Shown here: in pieces, positions 1 through 12,530 of the stretch
Position numbering within the stretch: the first letter of the stretch is position 1
Layout of the letters: each line of letters opens with the position of its first letter
NCBI RefSeq assembly: GCF_048593235.1
Contig: NC_133622.1
Coordinates: forward strand, 54,312,001-54,376,000
Length of the DNA: 64,000 nt
Source of the DNA: Sminthopsis crassicaudata
Taxonomy: Eukaryota
Direction: 5' to 3'
Program-made: the position numbers and the translations under genes
The notes under the pieces: model-generated
The model's database searches: none
Told to the model about the DNA's origin: nothing
Seen by the model: only the letters and a program-made list of their open reading frames with translations

Positions 1-966
1 TCAGTACTCAAAAGGGAAGACAGAATCTGAAAGAAAAAAAAAAAAAAAAAAAAGAATGAGACATCCCTTGAAACCTGGAATGTAAAGGAGAATTGTCAGC
101 TCTCCTGGGCTCAGTTACCAAAGTGAAAGAAATCATTTGCAAGTCCATTGGAGGCTTTAAGTATAGTAAGCAATACTCTCTTAGTTTGACCTCCTTGAGG
201 ATATAACTAAAGATAGACTAGACTATTATGACCCAAGTTGGAAAAACAACTTAAATAAAATTTCATTACATGCTTAAGAATATAGCCAGGAGAAGATATT
301 CATGTTCTAAAGCCATAATTTGGAGCTCTTTTGAAAAACCAATAGAATCACAGAGCTCAGACTGATGAACAATCACTGGTTAACTCATCATTTGATTTAA
401 TATTTCTTTCTTTAATCTTGTCTCCAACCACACTCATTCAAAAATCTTTTGCCAGCAAAGATGCCTTAGTGGAAATGTGTTGGCCTCTCAATAATCCAAC
501 CAGCTGTGATATATCCCTCGGCCAGCCCAGGAAAGTGTGAACATCAAAGGCCATTGGGACCACTTTGCACTTTAAGGTTATTCAGCATTAGTTCAGGGTT
601 CAATTGAGCTTGAGAGCTTGAAATTTCTGAAGTCCCTTTTCAGTTGCTACCCCTAGACCATGTAGCCTTCCACAGGGAAAATGTGAGGATACCCCTAGTA
701 TGACCTCACCCTAAAGCCCATTCAGTGTTTGGTGAGTCTCTGTCTTGAACTGCTATGGCATGAGAAGTCCCACCCATCCTTGTCACTCACTTCTGGCTCA
801 CTGTCTGGTCTGCTCTACCTCTACACTGGCTACTTTGCTCCTACTGTATAGCCTCCTTCCACGTCTCCTTTTTTTCCCTTATTAGAACATAGTTATTATT
901 TTGTTTTGTTTTGTTTTGTTTTATTATTTCCTTGATTAGAATGTAAGCTTCTTTAGGGCAAGAACT

Positions 967-1291
967 TTTTCTGACACAGTTCTCTTTTATAGTCCTGACT
1001 CAGTTTTCCCTAAATTGTCCTGCCTTGGTTTCAAGTTGTTCTGCTCAATTACCCCTCCCTCCTAATCATGATGATCCAGATAAGGAGAAAGACCTTCTAT
1101 CTATCATTAGAATGTTGGGTTCCTCTCCCCATTCCGACTTATCATAATGCTGGATGCCCCATTCTGTAATCCCAATTATCAGATATCCCCCATGCCTCCC
1201 CTCACCCTGTCAGAACTAGATTTAGTCCCATGTTCCTGAGCTTAGCACTCTGACTCTGCCCCTACCTTGGTCTACCCCCTGTATCTGAGCC

Positions 1292-1334
<43 letters not shown>

Positions 1335-1495
1335 ATTGAGAACTCACATTGTTTGCTGGATTCTTGGAGATGATAGTCTCATCCAGTCCTGGGACCAAAC
1401 TATGGATACATTTGGTCCCAGTAAATCTCTCCCTTTCAAATAAAACATTAAATACTCTCTAATCTCTATCTTGCCTCAGTTTCTCCGGCATTACA
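967..1495 (+). mobile_element. Solo ERV LTR (ERV1-like)
   Basis: Ends ...ctcagtttctccggcattaCA; AATAAA about 55 bp before the end; 4-bp TSD AACT at 963-966 and 1496-1499; interrupts an L2. Confidence 0.85.
1295..1331. repeat. (TA)n microsatellite inside the LTR
   Basis: About 18 perfect TA units. Confidence 0.95.
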
Positions 1496-1526
1496 AACTG
1501 TGTGGTTTTCTTTTCTTTTCTTTCTT

Positions 1527-1566
<40 letters not shown>

Positions 1567-1956
1567 TATCCACAGAGCTCAGCATAGTGTCTGGTACATA
1601 ATAAGTGCTTAATAAAACCTTAATAGATTCTTTTAATTCATTCATTCATCCTTCAAATAATGCTATGATATTCCCTGAAGATAATTAAAAATGATGCAAG
1701 TTTGTGGTTTTTTTAATCCTTGTCACATAGAGCTGTTTCTATGTAGGGGGAGAAAATGGTATTTCTAGCAATAATAGTACCTATTGAACCAATTAAAATC
1801 CCAAACTTCTCCTCACAGTCTAACTTTAATAACTATAAAGACTATAGTTATTAGAGATAAGTTATTATAAATCTAAGATCTAAGAATTTTTTTAAAAGCT
1901 ATTTTGATATCTTTAGCAAGGCAACTGCAAGTTCACTATGCAACACACATGGTCAA

Positions 1957-2135
1957 GAACTCAATTCAAATACAGCTTCAGATACTCTCTAGCTTGTGAC
2001 TTTGGGTAGGTCACTTAGATTTAGTTTCTTCAACTCTAAAAGGGGGATAACAGCACCTATTTTTCAGAATTGCTGTGAGGAGAAAATGAGAATCTCTGTA
2101 AAAAGTTCTTAGTGTCTTGACTGGCATATAATTAC
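1957..2135 (+). mobile_element. MIR/CORE SINE
   Basis: ttcaaat..ctagc.tgtgactttggg..ggtcactta..agtttcttc.actctaaaa.ggggataa..gcacct core. Confidence 0.7.
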
Positions 2136-2214
2136 ATGTGTGCCTTTATAACTATACAAATTACCTTCTCCTTCCCTTTTATTTCAATATGGTTGGTTTC
2201 CTTCCTAATCCTAT

Positions 2215-2312
2215 ATACTCTAAATATTTGAAAACATTATTCTGAGAAGGAATTCAAAGATTTTAACAGACTACCAAAAGAGTCCTTAGCACAAAAAAGA
2301 TTGATAATCTTT
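2215..2312 (+). mobile_element. hAT-Charlie DNA transposon fragment
   Basis: aaacattattctgagaagg...cagactaccaaaagagtcc..gcacaaaaaag; related fragments at ~21990-22090 and ~39000-39110. Confidence 0.55.
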
Positions 2313-2474
2313 TTGCCTTAGAGAAATATTCTAAGATGATTAGGTATAGATATTGGTACATTTATATTGGTAGAAGAAGGTTTCTTACCAGACAATGAAA
2401 TTACAGAGCTATTGAGGGGATTCTTAAAGAAAATATCAGGATGATAGAAATAACAATAATAGTAATAGAAACTC

Positions 2475-2600
2475 AAGAGGCAGTGTCCTTAGACTCAGAA
2501 GATGGATTCAGGAACTACTTATAATCTTATTCAACATCACAGCTATTTACATCTCTTTTAGTCTCAGTTTCCATTATCTATACAATGGAAATAATCATTT
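2475..2600 (+). mobile_element. MIR SINE fragment
   Basis: ctcagtttccattatctatacaatggaaataat core. Confidence 0.55.
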
Positions 2601-3289
2601 CTATACAATCATGCTTGTTATAAATCAAATAAGAAAACATGTGGAAAACATATTAGAAATTGATCTATGAAAATGTTAATGTTTTGGCTCTTCAGTGGAT
2701 ATGGGAACTCATCAATGTCAGAGCTCCCCTTAATGGTACAGATCTCACCCCCTCCATACCTGCTTGTTCGTGTTCTCCTATAAATCCTATACCCAATATG
2801 CTGAGGGCTATCCTCTGAGACTCTAAACACTGAATGAATACCAGTGGAGCATGTGGACTACCTATAGTTTATCCCTCCCTCTTGCCACATGACCAGCCTG
2901 CTTCCTTTTCTAGTCATAAGTGTCCCTGAAGGTATCCTTTATGTCTCTTCTTCTATATAATTCTTCATTGTGTAATAATGGTACATCCTACCTCCTTCAT
3001 GCACTTCTCCATTGCCTTTTCATTCTTAGAGCTGTGCATGATTCACACAGCAACACTACGAGAAGAAATGATGTTTAAAAAGTAAGCCTGTATATAAAAA
3101 TAAAGTATCATTATGATCCCAAGATCATCTGTAGTACAAAAGCCTGTGATTTTAATACCTATATTCTTTCAGTGATGCTATATGATTCTAAATCATGAAA
3201 CATCACTTTGACTTCAGAAGAATAAAAAAAAAAAATTTCAGGCGACTCGAGCTCAGTTACCCATTAGTGCTTTCATTGGTTACATTACT

Positions 3290-3530
3290 GTAGTTTTCAC
3301 CCATATTTCTCTGAATTCTTCATATTTGTCATTTCTTACAATGCAATAATATGCCATTACTTTTAAGTACCACAATTTGTTCAGCTATTCTCCCGTTGGT
3401 AGGTATTTGTTTGCAGGTATTTACTATCCCATAAGAACAAAGCTAAGTATGTTGTGGTATAAACAGAGCCCTTCCTTCTATTTCTACTCTCATTGGGGAA
3501 CAGGATATAAACAATTTAGGGACTTTTCTC
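3290..3530 (-). mobile_element. Old L1 3' fragment
   Basis: caataatatgccattac...ccacaatttgttcagctattctccc matches the antisense L1 3' region. Confidence 0.55.
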
Positions 3531-4594
3531 AAAGAGTTACTTATTGTTTTCCAGGGCAAGAAAAATAAATTATTTAAATTTAAAATTTAAATTATTTTAA
3601 AATTTTATTCCATCCCTTTCTTTAACATTACTTTTTTTTTTTATGACATTGCTTTCCCTCATTTTCAGACCATCTAAATTTTTTTTCTATGGTGAGATAA
3701 GAAGAATCTGGCCTATTTCTATAGTTGTTCATAGTATGTTTATACTCTGCAGGCTTGTGAGATACAATACTTAAAGTTGCTCCCTAATCATATTGCACTT
3801 CCTGTCCCATCATTCCCTCTAATGAACAGAATAAATCTGAAAGCATGCACACAACTGTAAGAAAAAGAGAATCAAATCTGTGTAACAGCAATGAAAATAG
3901 CGACAAAAGTGATTAATTGTTTGTTTTAATGAAGTGACTGGCATTTAATAAGCTATTGATCCCCTCTAGCATTGACTAAAATTGTTGAGGGGGAAGTATG
4001 GCAAAACAAACAAACAAACAAATAAATAAATAAAGATCCCACCATACCAATTCATATCATGTAATATTGATTAAATATGAATTAATATATTGAGCTTTTA
4101 ATATTCTACCATTTCAGGGCCAGAATGGATCTCTTGATTAGTATTGACTTCTCCAACATCCATCCAAAGTAATTATAAAGGCAGAATTTGAGATTAAGAA
4201 CAATGAATCCTTTAGTGTGACCCTGAAAAGTCCAGTGGCAAAAGACCTTTAGGAAATTACATTGCTGACATGTAGTTGTGGAAAAGAAACACTCATTGAT
4301 AATGAATCATCTTTCTCCACTTCTCAGTGGATGAGAATCAGAGTCTTACAGTGTCACTCACTTGATAGGATTGGGTGAAGAGAGTTCTGCAGAGTATTAT
4401 TTGTTTTCATTGGTTTTGGAATCAGAACATGGCATTGACATTAAGCACCATTTTTTTTGCTCCTAGTGCAAATTCAGTTGTGGATGGCTGAGATGACCAT
4501 ATGGAGGAAGACAATCTTACCACTTGTCTCCAAAAGTATCATGCAGATATCCCTCTAAAAAGATCCTTTCCTCATTTCTTTAGAAGATGGTTCT

Positions 4595-4712
4595 TACACA
4601 CACACATAAACAGAGAGGGGGGAAAGGGAGGGACAGACAGAGAGACAGAGAGAAGGAGGGAGAGAGACAGAAACAGACAGACAGTCAGAGGGTGAGAGAG
4701 AGAGAGACAGAA
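4595..4712. repeat. CA/GA-rich low-complexity tract
   Basis: acacacac then gaga/gaca/ggga iterations; source of ORFs 4501-4695 and 4594-4842. Confidence 0.85.
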
Positions 4713-5559
4713 ATGCTGATAAAGAAGTCTCTTGGGGGGTCAGGATCCTGGGGATAGAAGCTAAGGACATTGACATGAAAAGATACATGAGATAAGGGGT
4801 GGGGAATGTAGTTGCTATGGAAAGGAAGACTTCTCCACTCATGTATTCATGCTCTTTAGGGCAAAGTCCTACCGAAGTAGGAGTCCTTGCTTATGAATCT
4901 TCTGTCCTTTATGCTTGGAATGTCCTTCCCATCACCTCTCAATTTAAATATCATATCTTCACTTCTTTTTACATTCCTTTCTCCAGCCGCTAGTACCTTT
5001 AAGGCATAGAGGCTAAAGACATCAGGGTGAGACCACAGGGATTGGTAACCTCTCTGCTCTTTTCCCAGTCATGTGGTTTGCTCAGGTTCAGTTCTGAGGA
5101 AGATTGACTTCTCCCTTTGAGGGAGAAGTAAGGTTCCCTCATTCTCACACTCATTGGCTGACCAAACCCTTGGTGCCAGCCTACAGCCAGGCTACAACCA
5201 CAGCCCCTCAGACCTTTTTACTTGTAAGATCATCTGCTAAAAGAAAAGGGAGACAAAAAGAGAGGCAAGGAAACCAGATGCCCCTGAAGCAAGACTGTCC
5301 TTTGCAAGGAGGGATGGTGGGATCGACACTGAACCAGGACAGAGAAGAATCATTATCATCTAGTCATAATAGGAATTATATCTTATCATTTGGATAACTA
5401 GAGCCCAGAAGAAAGCCAGTTGGGAACTTTATCCTCTTTCTAAAAGTCCCTTGAATCCTTCATGGAAGTTCAGCAGCCACTAGAAGCTGGTCTTCATGGT
5501 CAACCAGAAATGAGCAGGAAATATTTGATCATGTTTCGTATGACCCATCTACATATGTC

Positions 5560-5680
5560 CATGTCTCTCTACCTAGACTATAAGTTCCTTGAGGATGAAA
5601 TTGTGTTTACTTTTTAATTCTTGTATCCCCAGTGGTCCATGACAGATGTTTGATAAATGATTGTTTGGTTTGTTGAAATG
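5560..5680 (+). mobile_element. L2 3' end fragment
   Basis: ctagactataagttccttgagg...ttgtatccccagtg...gataaatgattgtt. Confidence 0.7.
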
Positions 5681-6264
5681 TAAATGGTGCTGATTATAAT
5701 TTTGAAAAGATAGGCTGATGACTATCCAAGAATGAAAGGATTTAAGGAGCAGGCTATGTTGACTTCAGGCTGTGCAGAACAGATTTTTTTTCCAGTTTTG
5801 CTATCATAGAAATAAACACTGCATTGATGATAAACTTTCATAGTTTTTTCAAGGAATTACCTGAAAAAAAAAACAATGTTCATTTTCTTCCAATTTTCAG
5901 ACCACATTTTAGTATAGTTATATTAAATTTGACATAGCACAGACCTCAGAATCTGAGAAATCACACATGGGGTAATTGTCAAGAGTTCTTTCTCCTAAAT
6001 ATAGGTCTCTGTGTGTGAATGATTTAGCATGTCCCTTCATCACAATGAAGTGCCTCCCCCAGATTTGGAATGTGCTTCCTACCATCATTATTTGTTGCAA
6101 TTCTATCTATATTTTCAAGGACTAAGTTGAGTAGTACCTCCTTCATGAAGTCTTCCCAGGTAACCTATTTTGGAAGTGATTTCTCTGTTGTAGGTACTTT
6201 CCTAAGCTTCATAATATTGACAGTTAATATTTGTCCACAAGTTTGCCAAGTGTTTAACAAAATA

Positions 6265-6425
6265 CATTAATTCTCACTTGTTCCTCACAACCCATTGAGA
6301 AAAGTTATGTCATCAACATTTTAAAGATGAGGCAACTGAGACACAAAGAGTTTAAGTGATTGTCCATTATCACTTAGCTGGTGTCAGAAACAAGATTCAA
6401 AAGTCTCTTCTCACTGCAAGCTTAA
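6265..6425 (-). mobile_element. MIR SINE
   Basis: cctcacaaccc...attttaaagatgaggcaactgagacacaaagagtttaagtgattgtcc. Confidence 0.75.
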
Positions 6426-6669
6426 CCCTCTTTCCAATATATCATGAAAGTCATGGCTTTGAGTTTAAATTTGGGGATCTGCTACTACTGTATTATGCTG
6501 GACTTGTACTTCGGATTTCACTTCCTTCATCTGTAATGTATGGGGATGGAACTAGATGAGTTATGATAAGTAAGGAGCTGGAGAACTTGTAAGCTATGGC
6601 TTTTTTTGCACCCTAAATTCTGAAAAATTTTGTTGACAGGATGAGTAGTGAACCTTTAGAAAATAACAT

Positions 6670-7812
6670 GATGATGAGGAAGAGTCAGTCTGGCTTTGTC
6701 CAGAATAGATTATATCAGACCATCCTTATTTCTTTTTTTGCTTAGATTTTACCTCAGCATTTGATAAAGTCTCTCATATTGCTTTTTTGGGTGGGGAAAT
6801 ATGGAGAGATGTGGGTTAGGTGTTAAACCAATTATATAGATTCAGAGCTCAAAGAGTAGCAAGCAATGATTCCATGTCAACTTGGAAAGAATCTCCAGGG
6901 AACACCCTGGAAAGCCGTACTTGGCCATATGCTGTAGAGCTTCTTTTAATCAATGACTTGTTTAAAGGCATAAGTGTCCAAAGTTGCCAATGACATAAAG
7001 CTGAGAGAGAGAGCTAACATATTGAATGACCAGAGTCAGGATCCAAAAGGTCTTTAGAGGATAGAAAATTAGGTTGAAAATAATAAGATGCAATTCAATA
7101 GAGATACATGTAAAGTCTTGCCCTTGGATTAAAGGCATCGATTTCAGAAGTACATTGTTAAATGAGCCATTTTTCTGAAAATTATCTACTTGTAGGGAGT
7201 GATTAGTGAACTACAATCTCAATATGCCAGCATGGTGATATGGCCAAGTGCTTAGCACATAGTAGGTACATGATAATTTTGTATTGTTTGAATTAAGTGT
7301 TTGAATTAAGTTTGAATTAAGTCCCATTGAACTCTGCCTTGTTCTGACAACATCTGGAATATTGTGTTCCATTTTAGAAACCATGTTTTAAGAAGAGCAT
7401 AAGCAAGATGGATGGTGAAGTACATGAAGAATGTGCCCTATGAGTTTTAGCTGAAAGAGCTGAGGGGATGTATCTCAAAGAAGAGAAAAATTATAAGCCA
7501 CGAACATAGCTTTAAAGTACCGTCATATGGAACAAGGATTGTATTTTTCAATTTGATCCCAGAGCTTAAGTCTAAAAGCAACTGTTGGTAGTTAGAAAAT
7601 ATTACATTTGAGTTTGATAGAAAGAAAAACTTAATAATTAGAGCTACCCCCAAATGGAATGGGCTTCCTCAGGAAATAGTGGTTTTTCTCTCACTAGAGG
7701 TCTTTCAAGTTAGCTAATTCCTACTTGAATGTTTTATAGTGGGGATTCCTTTCCAGATGTGGATTAGACTAAATGGATTAGACAAAGAGGTCCTTTCCAT
7801 TTCTGAAATTCC
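6670..7812 (+). mobile_element. CR1/L3 LINE, decayed RT region and 3' UTR, with a small L2 piece at ~7245-7320
   Basis: Remnants of CR1 RT motifs: gcatttgataaagtctctcat (AFDKVSH), atcaatgacttg (INDL), aagttgccaatgacataaagctg (KFADDTKL-like), ttcaatagagatacatgtaaagtcttg (FN..KCKVL-like); L3 3' end gaggtcctttccatttctgaaattc. Confidence 0.85.
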
Positions 7813-7874
7813 AAGATCCCTAAGATCCCTCTTCTTACTAGGTCTTATGATAATGACACTATTCATATCTTTTT

Positions 7875-8100
7875 GGGCAACTAAGTGGTCCAGTGGGGAG
7901 AGCTGTAGGCCTGGAGTCAGGAAGACCTGATTTCAAATTCAACCTTGGATACTTACTAGCTGTGTGACCTTGAACAAGCCAAACCTGTTTACTTCAGTTT
8001 CTTCCTCTGTAAAAAGCGGATAATAATGACATCTACTTCCCAGAGTTGTGAGGATCAAATGAGATAATAATTGTGAAATATTTAACACAATTCTATCGAC
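7875..8100 (+). mobile_element. MIR SINE, near full length
   Basis: tRNA-like head gggcaactaagtggtccagtgg...ggagtcaggaagacctgatttcaaat, core, tail gttgtgaggatcaaatgagataat. Confidence 0.85.
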
Positions 8101-8369
8101 AATAACTACTCCATAAATGTTAATTATCATTATGCTGCCTCTTTTTTTTTTTTTTTTCTAGATTCTAAGTTCCTCGAGACCAGGGAAAGAGGATTATTTA
8201 TTTTTAAAATTTCTTTCAATGTTTATTATGATGACCTATACATGTTTGTTCATGATAAATATTTGTTCAATGAAAGAATGAATTTGATGTCTTTTGACTA
8301 TGGAATAATAAGATAGATTTTTATCCTGTAGGAGAAAGTCTCTTTACTAAGATCTCCTTTTTTCTTTTG

Positions 8370-8580
8370 GGCCAGACTGTGAGTTCATCTTTGTAGAAAG
8401 CTCCCACTGGGGAAGCTCCTTCCAGTGCTATGAAGGAGCAACTTTTGAGCAGCTTGTGATCATAGATGCTTTCTTGGAAAAACTGAGAGGTTGAGTGGCT
8501 TTCCCAAGATCACAGAGCTATATGTCACAGGCAGAACTTGAATCAAGGCCTTTAGAACTCCAAGGGTGGTTCCTTTTCCA
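8370..8580 (-). mobile_element. Marsupial MIR3-type SINE
   Basis: Antisense of the family also seen at ~19585-19765 and ~55130-55290. Confidence 0.6.
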
Positions 8581-8908
8581 CCAAGCAAGTTGGCTTATGT
8601 GAGTGTTTTCTCTTATTTTTCTAACAGGCTTGATGTTTCTATAGCACTGGGAATTCTACCTATCTGTTCATTCATTTAAAGCTTCTCCCAAATTTAAGTT
8701 CAATGTGGGGAGGGACATTGTCTCATTTAAACTTTTTTTCTTTCTTCCCTCATTCTCATTTTAAAATGCTATATACTTGATAAATGGTTGCTGGATCATA
8801 AGGAGATTCACACTTTGTAGAGGAAGGTTCCACGTTTCCAGGTGCTTGAGAGCTCCATTGCCCCCCCAGAGCATGCACTCCTGTCTTGAATAGTTGCCAG
8901 TGTCCACA

Positions 8909-9051
8909 NNNNNNNNNNNNNNNNNNNNNNNNNNNNNNNNNNNNNNNNNNNNNNNNNNNNNNNNNNNNNNNNNNNNNNNNNNNNNNNNNNNNNNNNNNNN
9001 NNNNNNNNNNNNNNNNNNNNNNNNNNNNNNNNNNNNNNNNNNNNNNNNNNN
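8909..9051. other. Assembly gap (143 N)
   Basis: N run. Confidence 1.
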
Positions 9052-9345
9052 AGAGAGGGAGTGAGGGAGAGAAGAGAGAAAACGATAAGAGAGAGACAGA
9101 GACAGAGAGAGAGAGAAAAGGGGAGGGAAAGGGAAAGAGACAGAGAAGGAAATAGAGGAAGAAAGAGAAATAGAGAAAGACAGAGGGAGGGAGAAGGAAA
9201 GAGAGGGGGAGGGAGAGACAAAAAGAAAGAAGGAAAGAGGGAGGGAGGGAAAAAGAAAGAGTGAGAAAGGAAAAGACAGAGACAGACGGACACAGACACA
9301 CAGAGAGAGACACACAGAGGCAGAGACAAAGAGAGTTCACATGAC
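9052..9345. repeat. Purine-rich (GA/GGGA/GAAA/GACA) low-complexity tract
   Basis: Almost entirely A/G on the + strand for ~210 bp, then GACA/CA repeats; abuts the gap. Confidence 0.9.
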
Positions 9346-9364
9346 ACTGAAAGACACAGAGGGA

Positions 9365-9530
9365 AGACTGCTAGATGATTTGAGTCATAGTACTAGCCTT
9401 CAGTCCCAGTCTTGCCATTTACTGTAATGAACTGTGTGACCTTGGACAAACTAGAACATCTTTAGGCTCGTTTCCCCTTCTATTTAAAATAAAAAGGATG
9501 GCCTTGATTACTTAAATGTGTTTTCCAACT
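9365..9530 (+). mobile_element. MIR SINE
   Basis: ctgtgtgaccttggacaa...gtttccccttctatttaaaat. Confidence 0.6.
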
Positions 9531-10011
9531 CTGTTTCTGAACTTACAAATCCAGTATAGGGCATTGCCTTCACATTGAGTGAAAATAACAAATTATGAAA
9601 CTGAGAGTTACAGATGCAAGAGTATCTGTGGACAGAAGGTGGTTGGGTGTTTTTGGTGATGGTGGTTGTTTTGGGAGGGTTTGAGAGAGGGCATATTTTA
9701 TTATGCCTTTTGTTTCTACCGTTATTTCCAGAAATAGCACTTCTCCCCTATCCTCGCCCACAGGTTCCCATACCATTAAAAGCAGTTAAGAAAGCTCTTG
9801 GCTTTGATAACTTATTCAGCATTGTACACCTATGACTGTAATAAACTCTGAAGGGCTTTAGGATAGTTTGCCTCACAACATATGAAGATCAGTAAGAGTT
9901 CTCAGCTCTCTCAAGGTGCTTCCTAAAATGTGTCCACTCCTAGCAGAGGTTAACAACACCTTAGCACTTAAAACAGTGATCCGTTGACAAGGTACTGAAA
10001 TGAAAGGCTTT

Positions 10012-10049
10012 GGGAAAGGGTTGCAAGGGGATGCTGGGGGAATGCAGGG
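10012..10049 (+). other. Potential G-quadruplex
   Basis: GGGaaaGGGttgcaaGGGGatgctGGGGGaatgcaGGG: five G-runs, loops 3-6 nt. Confidence 0.5.
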
Positions 10050-10339
10050 AGGAGGAAGCAGACAGGGGAAAGGGCAGCCAATGGGGGCATGGAGACAGGC
10101 TTTGCATTTGTCATGGTTTTGCCCAACCTGCATCAGTAGCACCTGCCCCAGTGGTCTTTTAAAAGCCCTAACACCAGAAGAGCATAACCTTTTCTGTCTT
10201 GGATTGCTTTGGCAATGTGGTAAAGTCTGTGGAGCCTTTTTTCAGAATAATGTTTTAAAATGTAAAAAAAAAAAAAAGCAAAGGGTGAGATGTAAAGGAT
10301 ATTTATTATATCAATATACAGTTATTAAAAATTTTTAAC

Positions 10340-10724
10340 AATCAAAGCAAACAATTAGACATTGAAGGGATGCCTTCAATTGGGGAATAGCTGAACAAGT
10401 TGCGAGTACAAGATTATGAAAAAGTACTATTGTTTCTAAGAAATGATAAGCAGGATGCTTTCAAAAACAACAACAGGAGAAGAACTAAACAAACTGATTC
10501 AAAGCAGAACCAGAAGAATATTGTACATAGTAGCAGTAACATTATATTGTTCAATTGTGAATGACAACTATTATTCTCAGCAATATGATCCAAGACAATT
10601 CCAAAAGATTCGTCATGAAAAAGTTATTCACCTCCAGAGAGAAGAACTGATAGAGTCTGAAATCAGAGCCAAAGTATACTCTTTTTTAACTTTGTTTTTC
10701 TTGGTTTTTGAGTTTATTGGGTTT

Positions 10725-10771
<47 letters not shown>

Positions 10772-10990
10772 TTTTGTGTGTGTGAGAAAGACATTTCTTT
10801 TGCAACTTGGCTAATATGGAAATAAGTTTTACTTGATTGCCCAAGTATAATCTATAGCAAATTGCTTGTCTTTTCAAGGGAGGGGGAGGGGACAAAAGAA
10901 GGGAATGAATTTGGAATGTACATTTTTTTAAAAAACAAATATTAAAAAAATTTTACATGTAACTGAGAAAAAAATACCTAAAAGAAAACA
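10340..10990 (+). mobile_element. L1 3' end (5'-truncated)
   Basis: aatatgatccaagacaattccaaaagat...ctccagagagaagaactgatagagtctgaa...tttacatgtaactgagaaaaaaat, A-rich tail. Confidence 0.85.
10727..10784. repeat. (TG)n microsatellite
   Basis: Perfect TG run to ~10764, then degenerate. Confidence 0.95.
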
Positions 10991-11253
10991 AAACCAACCA
11001 AATTCATGGATGTGAGATTAAGAATTCCTATAATTTAATCAGCCACTAATACAAAACTAGCATCCTTTTGCACTAACACAGAAATGGGGAAAGAAGTACT
11101 GTGACCTTTGGCTATAGTGTAGGTTAGTGGAAAGACCATTGGATAGGGAATCAGTAGAGCTGAATTCAGATCCTATTACTATACCTTATTAACTTAATTG
11201 GGGAAGCCATTGTTCTCTTTCACCTATTAAATAAAAAGATTGGTCCTCTAGAA

Positions 11254-11464
11254 TTTGGGGCTTCTTAAACTTTTTCTTCTCATGACCCCTTTTTACCTGA
11301 GAAATTTTTATGTGACCCTGGGTAGATACATAGATGACAGATGGACGGATAGATAGATACAGATATAAAAGAGATATACAGATCAAACATTTACTGATTT
11401 TTTGACCTCTACATTCAGATATTAGTTCCCCTATGTGGTCAGGAACCATAATTTAAAACTTGGG
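11254..11464. mobile_element. hAT-Charlie MITE inserted in a MIR tail
   Basis: 8-bp TSD CTCTAGAA (11246-53) / CTCTAGAT (11465-72), fitting the Charlie NTCTAGAN target; flanks rejoin to ctctagatgacctctaa..ttccttccagctct. Confidence 0.65.
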
Positions 11465-11839
11465 CTCTAGATGACCTCTAAATGAGTTTCCTTCCAGCTC
11501 TGTGATTCCATCCTTTTTGGATATGGGAACTATATACTTCTTAGGCTGCCAGGATGCTGCTAATTAAAAACGATGCATGTTTTACCTGCAAACTACACCT
11601 TGTTTATTCCTAGAAATATAAGCTCCTGATATTAGTCCTCCTAATGATGTTTCTGAATGCCTTTCTCTGATTTCTACACACTTCAATGCTTTTACTCCTG
11701 TTTTGCTAAAGAATCTCACATGCCTTCAATTCTTCATTTTAAATAGGGAAGGGGAGAGTCCATTTGTTCCATGGCTAATGTACAAAATATCTGTGGACCA
11801 ATTGCTGAACACTTCAGATTTTTATTCCCTTTGAATTAA

Positions 11840-12530
11840 ACCATTTTTTAAAAATGAAGGTTCTGTGCTGACACGGTGGCCCACGCAGCTGAGAAGTGGT
11901 ATCTCTGGACACGAAGTGCTACTTCTTGTCAAGATCTGAATCTAAACGTGCCCGTTGGGAGGCTTTATTTTTATTTTTATTTTTATTGTAGAGCCTCTAA
12001 AAACCCATTGTTGCCTTATGCTATGTAACCACTACTTATCCTGGATTGATCCATTCTGCAAGAGGGAGGTGGGAGGTGGGAGGCTTTATGAAGACTGAGA
12101 GTCAGTCTTAGACTGGTGAGAAAGTAACCTTTTAATTATCTTTTCCATGCTGGCATCCTAAGCTTCTTTGTGGCGGCCTCATTTCACAGTGGCCTGCTCC
12201 ACGGCTGTCATTTTCCCAGTGTCACTCAAGCGGGTATAAAAAATGATTGCTTTTATGGCTTGTATTTGGGAATTTGTCAAGGTTTCACATTTATAGAAGC
12301 CTCGGAGCATTGGCCTAATGGGCCATAATTTGGTGTTTAAAGGGATATCGATGGGCAACCCACAGGGGCCCAGGGTGGCTTTTAGTGATTACATCCTTAG
12401 GCCTGCCAAAGAAATCACCCTCCTTTATTTCGGCTGCAATAAACCTTGACTGTCAGAAAACTCCAGCCCAGGTTTCTGAGAACACTGCAACCTGAAGTGG
12501 AAGGAAGAAGAAGAAAAACAACTGGTTACG
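11840..12530. promoter_or_regulatory. Candidate conserved non-coding element / enhancer
   Basis: Unique, repeat-free, higher GC, about a dozen retained CpGs against a strongly depleted background; no ORF. Confidence 0.5.

Larger units (their letters stand above)
925..1650 (+). mobile_element. L2 LINE 3' end, split by a solo LTR
   Basis: Removing 967-1499 rebuilds ttagaatgtaagcttctttagggcaagaact|gtgt...ttgtatcc..agcatagtgtctggtacataataagtgcttaataaa...(ttca)n, matching the L2 3' terminus. Confidence 0.8.

Noticed and set aside
7875-7960. tRNA-like A/B boxes
   Set aside because: Heads of MIR/WSINE/Mar1 SINEs; no cloverleaf, and they continue into SINE bodies
8756-9347. Long ORFs of 179-194 aa
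   Set aside because: Artefacts of the N gap plus the GA/CT low-complexity tract
10000-10338. 112-aa Gly-rich ORF
   Set aside because: Reflects a G-rich tract and a poly-A run; no coding or splice evidence
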